A stretch of 40,923 nt of DNA from a virus (Duplodnaviria; Caudoviricetes): the IMG/VR virus record IMGVR_UViG_3300033067_000422, positions 1 through 40,923 of that record. The stretch is one strand, 5' to 3'. Under the pieces are notes generated by a model. It worked only from the letters and a program-made list of their open reading frames with translations. It was not told the origin of the DNA and searched no databases. Shown piece by piece: positions 27,140-36,407 of the stretch. The position numbers were made by a program, and so were the translations under genes. Every line of letters starts with the position of its first letter. The first letter of the stretch is position 1.

Positions 27140-28393
27140 ATGACAGTCACCGCCCAAGCAGCGCACGCAAAACACCGCGCCCCTAGCGCCGCTAAGCGGT
27201 GGCTGTCATGCCCCTATACGGCTGTACTTATAGCCCTGTACCCAAGCATGGAAACGGAACAGTCTTTAAAGGGCGACTTCTGGCACGAAGTCATGGAAGA
27301 CACTATACGTTTTAACTGCATACCAAAGTACGCGGACCCAGACGTAGAAGAGGCAATGCAAGACTTGCTGGCCTACGTGCGCCGCCGTTGCTCCGAAATG
27401 AAGGGGCCTGTACATATCTATGTCGAAGAGCGAGTAGATATACCAGAGACGGGCGAGTTTGGCACCGTCGATATTATTCTTGTTGGCGCGAACGAAATCG
27501 AGATTATCGACGAGAAATCTGGTTACGTTCCAGTATCCGAAAAGATGAACGCGCAAATGCTTACGTACTTGTGCGGAGTAGTTGAGCTTTACGGGAGACG
27601 CGGTAAATATAGGCTAACTATCCACCAGCCTAACTACGACCACATAGACGGACCTATTCGTTCGTTTGACTGCACGGACGAAGAGCTTGACTGGCACCGT
27701 CAAGAGATTAAGTACTCAATGAATAACCCTGATGAAGTGAAAGCGGGAAAGCACTGCAAGGATACGTACTGCCCTCACCGGGGATCGTGCAGCGTATTTG
27801 CGGAGTACGTCAAGAACGACCTTTCGCTTGGCTGGCATACTAGTGAGTTGGTGTCAATGTCCGACGAGGATTTGAGTACCGCGCTAGACGCCGCTGACGA
27901 GCTTAGTGGGTGGCGCAACAGCCTCCGAGCGGAAGCTTTAAAGCGCATTATGAATATGGATCGGAAGATACATGGGTACAAAGTTGTCAAGGGCCGCAAG
28001 CAGCGCGCTATACATGATCCCCTACGGCTCGTCCTATCCATACGTAACACGCTGGGCATTGAATGGCTACTCGGCCTGTTTAGTGATCTTGAATGGATAC
28101 CTGATGCTGAAAGTGTACTTGCACTGGCAACGTCTGACAACGGAGTACCCGATGCGCTACTAAAGCAACTTGGTACGGCCAAACAAGTAGAAGATTTGTG
28201 CAAGAAGTATGCGCAAGTAAATGGCCTGCCGCGTGGAGGGTGGAAAGGAGTATACGAGAATGTAGCAGGACCGTATATACGCGAAACGCACAGTGGCCTT
28301 ACACTCGAAAAGGCTATTGATGGCCGACCAGCTCACAAGCGGGGTAGTGAGTTCGGACCTATCGCCAACCCCGGAACAGTAAGTATAATTTAA
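27140..28393 (+). CDS. DUF2800 PD-(D/E)XK (Cas4-like) exonuclease
   Basis: PSAAKRWLSCP, FGTVD...IIDEKSG, QMLTY, HCKDTYCPHRGSC. Confidence 0.85.
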   Translation: MTVTAQAAHAKHRAPSAAKRWLSCPYTAVLIALYPSMETEQSLKGDFWHEVMEDTIRFNCIPKYADPDVEEAMQDLLAYVRRRCSEMKGPVHIYVEERVDIPETGEFGTVDIILVGANEIEIIDEKSGYVPVSEKMNAQMLTYLCGVVELYGRRGKYRLTIHQPNYDHIDGPIRSFDCTDEELDWHRQEIKYSMNNPDEVKAGKHCKDTYCPHRGSCSVFAEYVKNDLSLGWHTSELVSMSDEDLSTALDAADELSGWRNSLRAEALKRIMNMDRKIHGYKVVKGRKQRAIHDPLRLVLSIRNTLGIEWLLGLFSDLEWIPDAESVLALATSDNGVPDALLKQLGTAKQVEDLCKKYAQVNGLPRGGWKGVYENVAGPYIRETHSGLTLEKAIDGRPAHKRGSEFGPIANPGTVSII

Positions 28394-28410
28394 TAAAAGG
28401 AATAGAAGCC

Positions 28411-29148
28411 ATGAATTTATATGCAGCCTACGGCGGCAAGCCGATTTGGAATGAGTTTATCACGCCGGTTGGCAAGCTTATACATTGCTACCATGATAAG
28501 CCACAGTTGGAAACCAACGAGAAAACTAAGACGCCGATACTGGACGAGAACGGCATCCAAAAGGCGCAGTTCAAGGTTAGCCTTATGTGGCCCAAGTCGT
28601 TCTACGACACTCAGCTTATCCCGCTGCGTACTATGGCCGCGCTAACACGGGATCAGGCTTGGGGGGAGACTGCTGCATATGATACTTGGTTCCGACTTGA
28701 GCCATTTCTACGCGATGGTGACAACCCCGAACACAACACAAACAAGAAAGAATACTTGTTTGGCCACCACTACCTTAACTTTAAAGCGAAGGCAGTGCCA
28801 CAAAAACAACCCGATGGTCGTATTGTGTATACCGGCGCACCACAGGTGATCGGGCCGTACAACGAAGATTTGCTCCCAACGGATATTTGGGCAGGCTGCG
28901 AAGCCCGCGTTTCGGGTATCATGTTTGGCACCGAATATAGCGGCAAAAAGTTCATTAGCGTGCGCTTGAACAACATTCAAAAAGCGCGTGATGGGGAACG
29001 TATTGGCGGTGGCGAGCGTAAGGACGCCCGTAGCCAGTTCGACCCGCTGGCGGAAGGCCCGGCACCCGGCACGCCGTCCGGAGCGACTAACGCATTTGCG
29101 CAGTTCGGGAATATACTGGGAGGCGCACCCGCCCGCAACATACTTTAA
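28411..29148 (+). CDS. ssDNA-binding protein (DUF2815 / gp2.5-like)
   Basis: LRDGD, IWAGCEARVS, LNNIQKARDGERIGG motifs; between the nuclease and the polymerase. Confidence 0.85.
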   Translation: MNLYAAYGGKPIWNEFITPVGKLIHCYHDKPQLETNEKTKTPILDENGIQKAQFKVSLMWPKSFYDTQLIPLRTMAALTRDQAWGETAAYDTWFRLEPFLRDGDNPEHNTNKKEYLFGHHYLNFKAKAVPQKQPDGRIVYTGAPQVIGPYNEDLLPTDIWAGCEARVSGIMFGTEYSGKKFISVRLNNIQKARDGERIGGGERKDARSQFDPLAEGPAPGTPSGATNAFAQFGNILGGAPARNIL

Positions 29149-29219
29149 AGCTCCCGTTGCCGGGGTTAGATGGCATGACAGCACGGAAAGACGGCGCCCA
29201 CACTAACGGAGTACGTACT

Positions 29220-29444
29220 ATGGATGATGAAGCTTTTAAAGCAGCGACCGCCGGTCTGACCGAGCAGCGTGATATCAACCTTCGCCAAGTTGCGAACGGT
29301 TTTGTATTGCAGAGCACTTCGCGTTACATTCAGCCTAATACTGGCGCCATTATGGTTAGCCGTTCGGTTGAAGCCGTGGCTGCAAGTGCAGACGAAGCTG
29401 CGCGTCAGGTGACGAGTTTTCTCACTACTGGCGCGTTCGCGTAA
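29220..29444 (+). CDS. Hypothetical protein (74 aa)
   Basis: GGAG RBS before ATG 29220; INLRQVANGFVL motif. Confidence 0.65.
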   Translation: MDDEAFKAATAGLTEQRDINLRQVANGFVLQSTSRYIQPNTGAIMVSRSVEAVAASADEAARQVTSFLTTGAFA

Positions 29445-29461
29445 CACTAGGGGGCAGTACT

Positions 29462-31624
29462 GTGGAGCCGTTGCGGACACATATAGACTTTGAGACGCGT
29501 AGCTTAATCGACTTAATTAAGTTAGGCGAGCATGCGTACGCGCGTCACTGGTCTACGTCTCCGCTAATGATTACTGTCGGTACTGCCCCCAAAGGTGTAA
29601 AGCCTGTATTCGAGCTAATAGACTTTTTCGGGAATAGTAGCTATGTGCGATCGGTCTACCCCAATAATCCGCAACCGAAATGGCAAATCTTTAAGCTCCC
29701 TTGCCCGCCTAGTATCCTTGCTGCGGTGGCCCGAGGCGATACATTCGTTGCGCATAACGCCCGATTTGAACAAGCAGTATACTACTATATCTGTCACCTT
29801 AAATGGGGGTGGCCGCTACCTGTACGTTGGTCGTGTACTGCCGCAAGAGCAAGATATTATGGAATTAGGGCGGCTCTTGCAGGTACGGCCTCCGATCTTG
29901 AAGTTATTCATCAGAAAGATGAACGGGGTAAAGAGTTCATAAACACCTTTTGCAAACCGAGAAAGTACCATGGTAAAAAAGCAGATGGCATTGTCAAAGT
30001 CCTATGGGCAGAACCGAGCGAGCTACCAGAAGAATACGCAATCGGTAAAGCGTACTGTATATCGGATGGCGAAGCCGAAGCTGACGTTGATGCAGTACTA
30101 CCCGATCTACCGGAGTTTGAACAAGCGGCATGGGAATGGGATTTTAATATCAACATTCGCGGAGTTCCGATTGACATTCCTAGCGTGGCCTCTGCAATTC
30201 AGTTCTCTGATGTATTTACGGCGGAAGCCGTTGCGCGCTTCGAGGCGATTACGGCGCTCCGTCCGACGCAGCGTGATCGAGTTTTAGAGTATTTACAACA
30301 GCGTGAAGAAATATCCGAGTTGGGTGACTTACGCAGCAAGACTTTAAAGCGGCTGATTGCCGCCGACTTCCCGCCCGATCTACAGGACGTTATTAGTATT
30401 AGGCTCGACTGCTCTTTGGCTTCTACCAAAAAGCTCGCCACTATGATACGTACTACAGATGACGATGGAATGGCACGCGGTATCCACTTGTACGGCGGCG
30501 CGCATACTATGCGATGGAGCGCCAAGCGCATCCAGACGCAGAACATGAAGCGCGGCGACAGGGACGTACAGGCGGGCTTCTTTGATTTCATGGCCCACCC
30601 GACTTGGAGCGCCCCCCGCATGGGCCACAATGGCGGTCCTAGCCTCCTAGAGCCGCCCCCCGAGCCTGCTTGGCTAGAACCGGCCCGCTGGCGCTTCATG
30701 CGCCCCCTGCACGCCTTGAGCCTGTCCATGAGGGGCTTTGTGAAGGCACCCGAGGGCAAGAAGTTCGTCGCCGCTGACTTCGCGCAGATCGAGGCGCGCG
30801 TGCTGGCGTGGCTGGCCAGAGCCGACCGGAAGCTAGACGCGTTCCGCAACAAGAGAGACTTGTACGTACAGTTCGCCGGGGTCATGTATAAGCGCGAATA
30901 CGAAGAGTACTTCGAGATAGTAGACGGCAAACGCAAGGTGCAGGCCCGATACGCTTTTGAGCGCCAAGTTGCCAAGTCGGCTGAACTGGGTTGCGGATTT
31001 GGCCTAGGCGGTCCTAAGTTTCAGGAGTACTGCGATAACTCCGATATTATCATCGACCTTGATACTGCTAAGAACACTGTAAACGTGTGGCGTGAAGACA
31101 ATCCAGAAATCGTAGCACTGTGGAGCCGTGTAGAGGCAGCAGCTATACTAGCAGCTAGCAACCACGGTTCGGTATATGAGATTGGTGGTACTGACGTTAA
31201 GTTCTATACGTGGCATATCGACGAAGAGCGTTATTGGCTCGTATGCGAGCTACCTAGCGGACGGTGCATACACTACTATAGACCCAAAGTGCAGCTTACG
31301 GTTAGGTGGGGCCGCGCCAAAGAACAGCTTACGTTCCGTAAAGAGTGGAACGGCAAGTCGTATAGGGAGAGTACTTATGGCGGGAAGCTTGTGGAGAATA
31401 TCGTGCAGGCTATTGCTCGGGATATTATGGTTGTTGGTGGGCTACGTGCAGAAAAAGCTGGTTATCCTGCTATTATGCTTGTTCACGATGAAGTTGTTAC
31501 TTTGGTGGACGATGCCTTCGGAAGCCACAGTGAGCTATGTAGTTTGCTATGTAGTCAGGAACCTTGGGTTACAGATTTGCCTGTAGAGGCAGAAGGCGCA
31601 ACAATGTACAGGTACGGTAAGTAG
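29462..31624 (+). CDS. Family A DNA polymerase with 3'-5' exonuclease
   Basis: ExoI HIDFETRS, ExoII AHNARFE, motif A ADFAQIEARVLAWLA, motif B RQVAKSAELGCGFG, motif C VHDEV. Confidence 0.95.
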   Translation: MEPLRTHIDFETRSLIDLIKLGEHAYARHWSTSPLMITVGTAPKGVKPVFELIDFFGNSSYVRSVYPNNPQPKWQIFKLPCPPSILAAVARGDTFVAHNARFEQAVYYYICHLKWGWPLPVRWSCTAARARYYGIRAALAGTASDLEVIHQKDERGKEFINTFCKPRKYHGKKADGIVKVLWAEPSELPEEYAIGKAYCISDGEAEADVDAVLPDLPEFEQAAWEWDFNINIRGVPIDIPSVASAIQFSDVFTAEAVARFEAITALRPTQRDRVLEYLQQREEISELGDLRSKTLKRLIAADFPPDLQDVISIRLDCSLASTKKLATMIRTTDDDGMARGIHLYGGAHTMRWSAKRIQTQNMKRGDRDVQAGFFDFMAHPTWSAPRMGHNGGPSLLEPPPEPAWLEPARWRFMRPLHALSLSMRGFVKAPEGKKFVAADFAQIEARVLAWLARADRKLDAFRNKRDLYVQFAGVMYKREYEEYFEIVDGKRKVQARYAFERQVAKSAELGCGFGLGGPKFQEYCDNSDIIIDLDTAKNTVNVWREDNPEIVALWSRVEAAAILAASNHGSVYEIGGTDVKFYTWHIDEERYWLVCELPSGRCIHYYRPKVQLTVRWGRAKEQLTFRKEWNGKSYRESTYGGKLVENIVQAIARDIMVVGGLRAEKAGYPAIMLVHDEVVTLVDDAFGSHSELCSLLCSQEPWVTDLPVEAEGATMYRYGK

Positions 31625-31633
31625 GGGGTTGAA

Positions 31634-32071
31634 ATGACTATACTAAAAGAGACTAAGAGCGGGAACGTCTTAGCAGTCGATATAACCGATATAGCGTGGT
31701 ACGGAACTAGCGCGGATAAGCACGCACTTGCGGATGCCTTTAAAGGACGTATGCGGGTAAAGAAATGCTCGTCGCTGCTGGTATACGTAGTGCCCGATTT
31801 TGTATTCCCTATGTGCGAGAACACAAAGCGGCACGTTGTATTCAGCTATACTGATCCCGTGGCATGCGACGAAACCTTTAAAGTAGACGCACTGTTTACC
31901 TGCACCATTCGCGCGGAAGAGTACATTAGCGCCAGCGAGCAAATACGAATGAAGCTTGTACGCGATGCCAGAGACGTAGTTAATAAGAAAGCCCGTGGTG
32001 TAGCGGGCAAGTACGTAATACAGTTGTCTGACGGTACTAATACTACCATACTAGAGAGAGGAAGAGTGTGA
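31634..32071 (+). CDS. Hypothetical protein (145 aa)
   Basis: ORF tightly packed in the operon. Confidence 0.65.
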   Translation: MTILKETKSGNVLAVDITDIAWYGTSADKHALADAFKGRMRVKKCSSLLVYVVPDFVFPMCENTKRHVVFSYTDPVACDETFKVDALFTCTIRAEEYISASEQIRMKLVRDARDVVNKKARGVAGKYVIQLSDGTNTTILERGRV

Positions 32072-32532
32072 TGCAGTACTTTGTAGATTGTGAATTTGAT
32101 GGCTTTCACGGCGCGCTTATCAGCATGGCTGTTATGCGCGAAGACGGCGAGAGTGTGTACATGATATTCCAGAGCAGCGCTACTGATCCTTGGGTACGCG
32201 ACAACGTACTCCCTGTATTGCACGACTGTCCTAAAAAGCCTCAATTCTGTACGAAAGCTAAAGCGGCGCAACTTATTGAGAGCATTATAGGGGGTGATAG
32301 TGATCCCGTATTCGTCACGGACTGGACAGCCGATGTACGTTATTTGTGCGACTTGATGGAGTATGCACCGGGGCAAATGATTGACACAGTGCCTATATTG
32401 CAGTTCGTTATCGTGCGTACTGACGCGTACCCAAGTGAAATTGAAGATGCCGTACAGCATAACGCATGGTGGGACGCCAGAGCGCTTGCGTATAAGTGCG
32501 GAAATACGCGTACGTCGGAGCTAGTGCAATGA
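32068..32532 (+). CDS. DEDDh 3'-5' exonuclease (Rv2179c/RNase AS-like)
   Basis: YFVDCEF, DPWVRDNVLP, DWTAD, HNAWWDARAL. Confidence 0.78.
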   Translation: MMQYFVDCEFDGFHGALISMAVMREDGESVYMIFQSSATDPWVRDNVLPVLHDCPKKPQFCTKAKAAQLIESIIGGDSDPVFVTDWTADVRYLCDLMEYAPGQMIDTVPILQFVIVRTDAYPSEIEDAVQHNAWWDARALAYKCGNTRTSELVQ

Positions 32533-32849
32533 AAGAACTTCCTGTAGAAGAGCGCTTGAAGACCAAGTTAGAGGCAATTGGCTTTAAAGTACTCAAGCTA
32601 GTAACACCCGGCAACACCGGAGCCATGGATAGGCTTATACTGCGCCCTAAGTGGTCGCCGGGGGCACCGTATGCATGTGAAGTGAAGCGACCGGGTAAAG
32701 AGCCAACGCGCAAGCAAGAGCTACTGGCGGAAGATTGGGCCGCTAGGGGTATGCAAGTACTGCCTCCTGTATCCACTTATGCAGAAGTAGACGAAACAGT
32801 GTCGCAGCTTGCTATTATTGCGCGCGGGCAAAGGATAGACAGATTATGA
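32529..32849 (+). CDS. VRR-NUC domain nuclease
   Basis: KLVTPGNTGAMDRLIL...EVKRPGKEPTRKQ; ATGA overlap start. Confidence 0.82.
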   Translation: MKELPVEERLKTKLEAIGFKVLKLVTPGNTGAMDRLILRPKWSPGAPYACEVKRPGKEPTRKQELLAEDWAARGMQVLPPVSTYAEVDETVSQLAIIARGQRIDRL

Positions 32850-33085
32850 CTGATAATATGGATAGATTACGTGATGCCGCCAATGCGGTTGCCTATGACA
32901 GCATGCGCAACGAAGGCATGACTCTGCGCGACTGGTTCGCGGGGCAGGCTTTGGCTGGATTAGCAACCAAAACCCCCACCATTCGTAACCCGGTAGATAA
33001 GTATCGCTATAGCGCTGTTGCCGTGGGCGCCTACTATTACGCTGACGCAATGATCGCCGAACGCGAGAGGGAGAAGAAGCCATGA
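32846..33085 (+). CDS. Conserved phage hypothetical protein
   Basis: GMTLRDWFAGQAL...AYYYADAMIAER motif. Confidence 0.8.
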   Translation: MTDNMDRLRDAANAVAYDSMRNEGMTLRDWFAGQALAGLATKTPTIRNPVDKYRYSAVAVGAYYYADAMIAEREREKKP

Positions 33086-33246
33086 AATATCGTATTCGCA
33101 TGAGTGGTGGCTACTGGTACGTTATCGTGTATAACGCAAACGGGGCCGAAGTGCCAGAAGAAAGCAGTAAACCTTTTAAAGCTATTAGCCAAGCGTACGA
33201 CTACGCTGCTAGGCTTGGGTATGAAGATTGGGACAAACTACAGTGA
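33082..33246 (+). CDS. Hypothetical protein (54 aa; not in ORF track)
   Basis: MKYRIRMSGGYWYVIVY...; ATGA and GTGA overlaps on both sides. Confidence 0.6.
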   Translation: MKYRIRMSGGYWYVIVYNANGAEVPEESSKPFKAISQAYDYAARLGYEDWDKLQ

Positions 33247-34925
33247 TTAGTCTTCTCGATCCTATTAATATGAAGCCGCCTGTGGACGATAGGTACAAGC
33301 TCGCCACTGGTGATCGTATGCGCGACTACCAAGTACGAGCTGCGCATAAGCTGTTTACCGGCGAACGGCGCACCGACCCCGCCACTGGCAAAAAGGTGGA
33401 CAAAGAGCCTAGGGACGGGGTAGCGGTGCATATTGACCCCGGCCTAGGTAAAACTATCATAGCGCTTACAGCGATAGTCGAGTGGTTCCGTTTCGGTATT
33501 GTCACTAATCCAGTACTGGTAGTAGCGCCCATTAAGGTGTGCGAAACTGTTTGGAGGCAAGAGGCGCGCGAATGGTCACATACGCAGCACCTTACGTTTT
33601 CTCTTATACGCGGTACGGAAAAGGAAAGAGCCTTTGCGCTTGCTCGCCCTGCGCACGTACACCTAGTAAACCCCGAAATGCTGCCGTGGTTGCAAAAGCA
33701 GTTGCGGTACAATTGGGGCAAATACGACGCACTTATCATAGACGAGAGCAGTGCCTTTAAAGATAACCGTACCAAACGCTTCCGAGTGCTAACTAACTAC
33801 GGTACACGGGAGACGGTCAAAGGTCCGGATGGCAAATCCGTACTCGATCCGCTTACAGGATTGCGCACCATCATCGGGCCACACCGCTTTAAACGCTCCG
33901 GCATATTGACAGGCACGCCGTCCCCCGGTGGCTTACAAAACCTGTGGGCACCATTCTACATGATAGATCATGGGGCTAGACTGCACAAACACTTCGATAC
34001 TTTCCAAGGGCGCTTCTTTCACAAAGAAAGAGACATTGCACCGCACGTAGCCAAGTTCTCACTCAACCCAGAAGAGGACGAATTGCGCCCTGAATGGCAA
34101 GTACGCTTAGGCGGAGCGGAGCGCATACATGAACTTATAGCGGACAACACTGTAGAGCTTAACGCTGCCGACTACGGGGTACTTCCGCAACAGTTGCCGC
34201 CTGTAAAACACTACATACAGTTGCCAGAACAGCTGCGCGCCCATTACCGTCAGCTAGAGCGGGAAGCTGTATTTGAAATGCTTAGCAACCCTATCATCGC
34301 GGCCAATGGCGGCGCTAAGTCGGGCTTGTGCTGGCAGATATGCAATGGCGCTGTGTACAGTACTGATGACTACGGCAAGAAAACGTGGACGGAAGTACAC
34401 ACCGAAAAGATCGACAAGCTTGTGCAGTTAGTAGACGAGCTAGATCAGCACTGCCTTATACCGTACCACTATAACCATGACTTAGAACGCATCGTGGCGC
34501 GGTTCAAGAAAGAAGGTATACCGTACGCGGTAATAAAAGGAAAGAACAGTGAAAGCATTATTGATAGATGGAACGCTGGCGGTATTCCTAATCTTCTTAT
34601 TCACCCTCAATCTGCTGGTCATGGCCTTAATCTACAGTTCGGCGGTCATACTCTTTTATGGTTCAGTACTATCTGGAGCCTTGAGCGCTATCTACAAACA
34701 AACGCAAGACTTGCGCGCAGCGGGCAAAAGAATATAGTTGGTATTCACGTTATTATGGCGGAGAATACTACCGACGAGATACGCTACGCTTCATGGTTCG
34801 AGCGCGGGGCAGATCAAGAGCGCTTCCGCCGTGCTACACTTGAGTATCAAAAGCAGATGGGTATAGACCTGTCTAATATGCCGCTACTGCCGACTATTAA
34901 CCCATTTGCGGGGATAGACCTATGA
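33243..34925 (+). CDS. SNF2-like superfamily 2 helicase
   Basis: PGLGKT, VVAP, IIDESS, LTGTP, HGLNLQ and QTNARLARSGQ motifs. Confidence 0.9.
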   Translation: MISLLDPINMKPPVDDRYKLATGDRMRDYQVRAAHKLFTGERRTDPATGKKVDKEPRDGVAVHIDPGLGKTIIALTAIVEWFRFGIVTNPVLVVAPIKVCETVWRQEAREWSHTQHLTFSLIRGTEKERAFALARPAHVHLVNPEMLPWLQKQLRYNWGKYDALIIDESSAFKDNRTKRFRVLTNYGTRETVKGPDGKSVLDPLTGLRTIIGPHRFKRSGILTGTPSPGGLQNLWAPFYMIDHGARLHKHFDTFQGRFFHKERDIAPHVAKFSLNPEEDELRPEWQVRLGGAERIHELIADNTVELNAADYGVLPQQLPPVKHYIQLPEQLRAHYRQLEREAVFEMLSNPIIAANGGAKSGLCWQICNGAVYSTDDYGKKTWTEVHTEKIDKLVQLVDELDQHCLIPYHYNHDLERIVARFKKEGIPYAVIKGKNSESIIDRWNAGGIPNLLIHPQSAGHGLNLQFGGHTLLWFSTIWSLERYLQTNARLARSGQKNIVGIHVIMAENTTDEIRYASWFERGADQERFRRATLEYQKQMGIDLSNMPLLPTINPFAGIDL

Positions 34926-35254
34926 CGCCTACATATTCGTTTCGGGAGTTTATCGAGCTATACGATAGCGGTGAGATACAAAACGATGCTAGCTGGCGCG
35001 CTTATGACATTGGCGCTATGTCTAGCAACACACACGTAAGAGCAGCTTTAAAGGTACTGCGCTATCGTGTGTCAAAAGAGCTTGAGCTATCTTGCGCGCG
35101 TATAGCCGCAGACTACCAGATAGCCACCCCTATGCGTGCCAATTATTTACTTGGGCTTTGGTACGTATGGCGAAGTATAGCCCAAGGCCAACGTACACGT
35201 AAACTCTTACCAAGGATTAACGTCAATGACACCGGACTACGAGACACACGCTAG
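34922..35254 (+). CDS. Hypothetical protein (110 aa)
   Basis: ATGA overlap with the helicase. Confidence 0.6.
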   Translation: MTPTYSFREFIELYDSGEIQNDASWRAYDIGAMSSNTHVRAALKVLRYRVSKELELSCARIAADYQIATPMRANYLLGLWYVWRSIAQGQRTRKLLPRINVNDTGLRDTR

Positions 35255-35528
35255 ATTGCATTTTAACATGCTGGAAGCAATACGGGAAGAGCTTATGCAC
35301 CTTAACCCGTCGCATCAGCATGCAATTACATTTATGCTAGATAAGATTGCCAAGCTGCTTAGCGGTGATCCCAACAACGAAAAGCTGTGGAGTGATATTG
35401 CGGGTTATGCAGAGCTTGGCAGTACTAAGTGCGAAGACCCGCGCCAAATGCTTATGGAGCTACCGGAGCCGGACTTTGCGGGCAGTCGTGTTCACAGACA
35501 CATGCCCACTGCGAGTCGTACTTCTTAA
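35226..35528 (+). CDS. DUF6378-like protein
   Basis: KIAKLLSGDPN...WSDIAGYAEL motif. Confidence 0.72.
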   Translation: MTPDYETHARLHFNMLEAIREELMHLNPSHQHAITFMLDKIAKLLSGDPNNEKLWSDIAGYAELGSTKCEDPRQMLMELPEPDFAGSRVHRHMPTASRTS

Positions 35529-35685
35529 TAGCCGCGACGGTTTCAGGACTGTCTTTAACGCTATCGTACGCAATGGGCTGCGCAATCAAACAGTAGTCAC
35601 TTACGGGACCTGTCGAAACGGTTTTGCAAGCGCTCGTCGCGCACAGGGTCAGGAGTACTAATAGCGTCTTGTGCAGCCTTGACAT
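35452..35685 (-). CDS. Outer-membrane spanin (Rz1-like lipoprotein)
   Basis: Signal peptide plus lipobox-like TSAC, then DYCLIAQPI; overlaps the i-spanin in another frame. Confidence 0.7.
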   Translation of the reverse strand: MSRLHKTLLVLLTLCATSACKTVSTGPVSDYCLIAQPIAYDSVKDSPETVAAIKKYDSQWACVCEHDCPQSPAPVAP

Positions 35686-35815
35686 TGTTTTGTACCTCTT
35701 CTGCCTGTTTGGCCGATTGTTCGGCCTTGCCCGCATCTATTAGCCGACCGTCTCCGAGATACCTAAAGAACTCGGAGACGGCGCTAAACAGGCTCTTGAG
35801 AAAGCCTATCAGCAT
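35597..35815 (-). CDS. Inner-membrane spanin (Rz-like)
   Basis: Hydrophobic/amphipathic N-terminus plus short coiled coil; downstream of endolysin and holin. Confidence 0.6.
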   Translation of the reverse strand: MLIGFLKSLFSAVSEFFRYLGDGRLIDAGKAEQSAKQAEEVQNNVKAAQDAISTPDPVRDERLQNRFDRSRK

Positions 35816-35816
35816 A

Positions 35817-35987
35817 TCAGCTAGTCGGCTTGTTAGTGCGGATCGACCATGCGGCAACGGCAATAGTACCGATGGCAGTAGCAATAACCGCCGCCTGATC
35901 CCCGCCGATGTAGCCCTTGCCAGCAAGGAAGCCAAGCACCGCAGTTGCTACGGCGCGCACTACACCGCCAAATTGCTCACCCGTCAT
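35817..35987 (-). CDS. Small two-TM holin-like protein (56 aa; not in ORF track)
   Basis: MTGEQFGGVVRAVATAVLGFLAGKGYIGGDQAAVIATAIGTIAVAAWSIRTNKPTS; AGGAG RBS. Confidence 0.72.
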   Translation of the reverse strand: MTGEQFGGVVRAVATAVLGFLAGKGYIGGDQAAVIATAIGTIAVAAWSIRTNKPTS

Positions 35988-35996
35988 TGTATTCTC

Positions 35997-36407
35997 CTAT
36001 AGCTTGCCACCTTTTTGGAAGTATGAAAGGTCGTGGCCCCCTGTCATCTGGAAGTGGGGCATTTCTTTAAAGTGCTTCCACTCGTATGCCCACTCGAAGC
36101 CATGCTTCTTGAATATAGCCGCAATCTTCGCCCAGTTAGGCGATGTGCCCGCAAAGTCCGGTTTGCCGTGTACAATCGGGTACAGGTCAAGCGCAACGCC
36201 GAACTGGTGAAAGCTCTTACCCGCCTTAGCGTTCGTAACGATAGGACCCGGCTTGGTACGGCCCTGCGCGTATAGCGCGTCCTGCTCTTCGTTGGAGCGG
36301 CGCGTACACGTTACCAGCAAGTCAAGCCCTTCACGCTCGCACTCGTCAGTAGCAGCTTTCGCCGCGATGTATGCCTTGTCCTGTAGATCAGTCAGTAGTC
36401 TTGTCAT
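35997..36407 (-). CDS. Endolysin, M15 family L-Ala-D-Glu peptidase
   Basis: RSNEEQDALYAQGRT, SFHQFGVALD (SxHxxGxAxD), EMPHFQ; AAGGAGG RBS before ATG 36407. Confidence 0.9.
   Translation of the reverse strand: MTRLLTDLQDKAYIAAKAATDECEREGLDLLVTCTRRSNEEQDALYAQGRTKPGPIVTNAKAGKSFHQFGVALDLYPIVHGKPDFAGTSPNWAKIAAIFKKHGFEWAYEWKHFKEMPHFQMTGGHDLSYFQKGGKL

Noticed and set aside
27140-28393. Cas4-like nuclease as evidence of a CRISPR-Cas system
   Set aside because: It is the usual DUF2800 nuclease of the DUF2800-DUF2815-PolA replication module, and no array was seen.
17875-33775. Minus-strand ORFs over the early/replication arm (e.g. 22887-23648, 22945-23664, 30199-30975)
   Set aside because: Antisense shadows favoured by GC-rich codon usage; promoters, RBSs and motifs all support the plus strand.
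17024-35528. Integrase, repressor, methyltransferase or base-modification genes that might explain lifestyle or motif bias
   Set aside because: No catalytic signatures were recognised in any ORF. A divergent version among the hypothetical proteins cannot be excluded without HMM searches.
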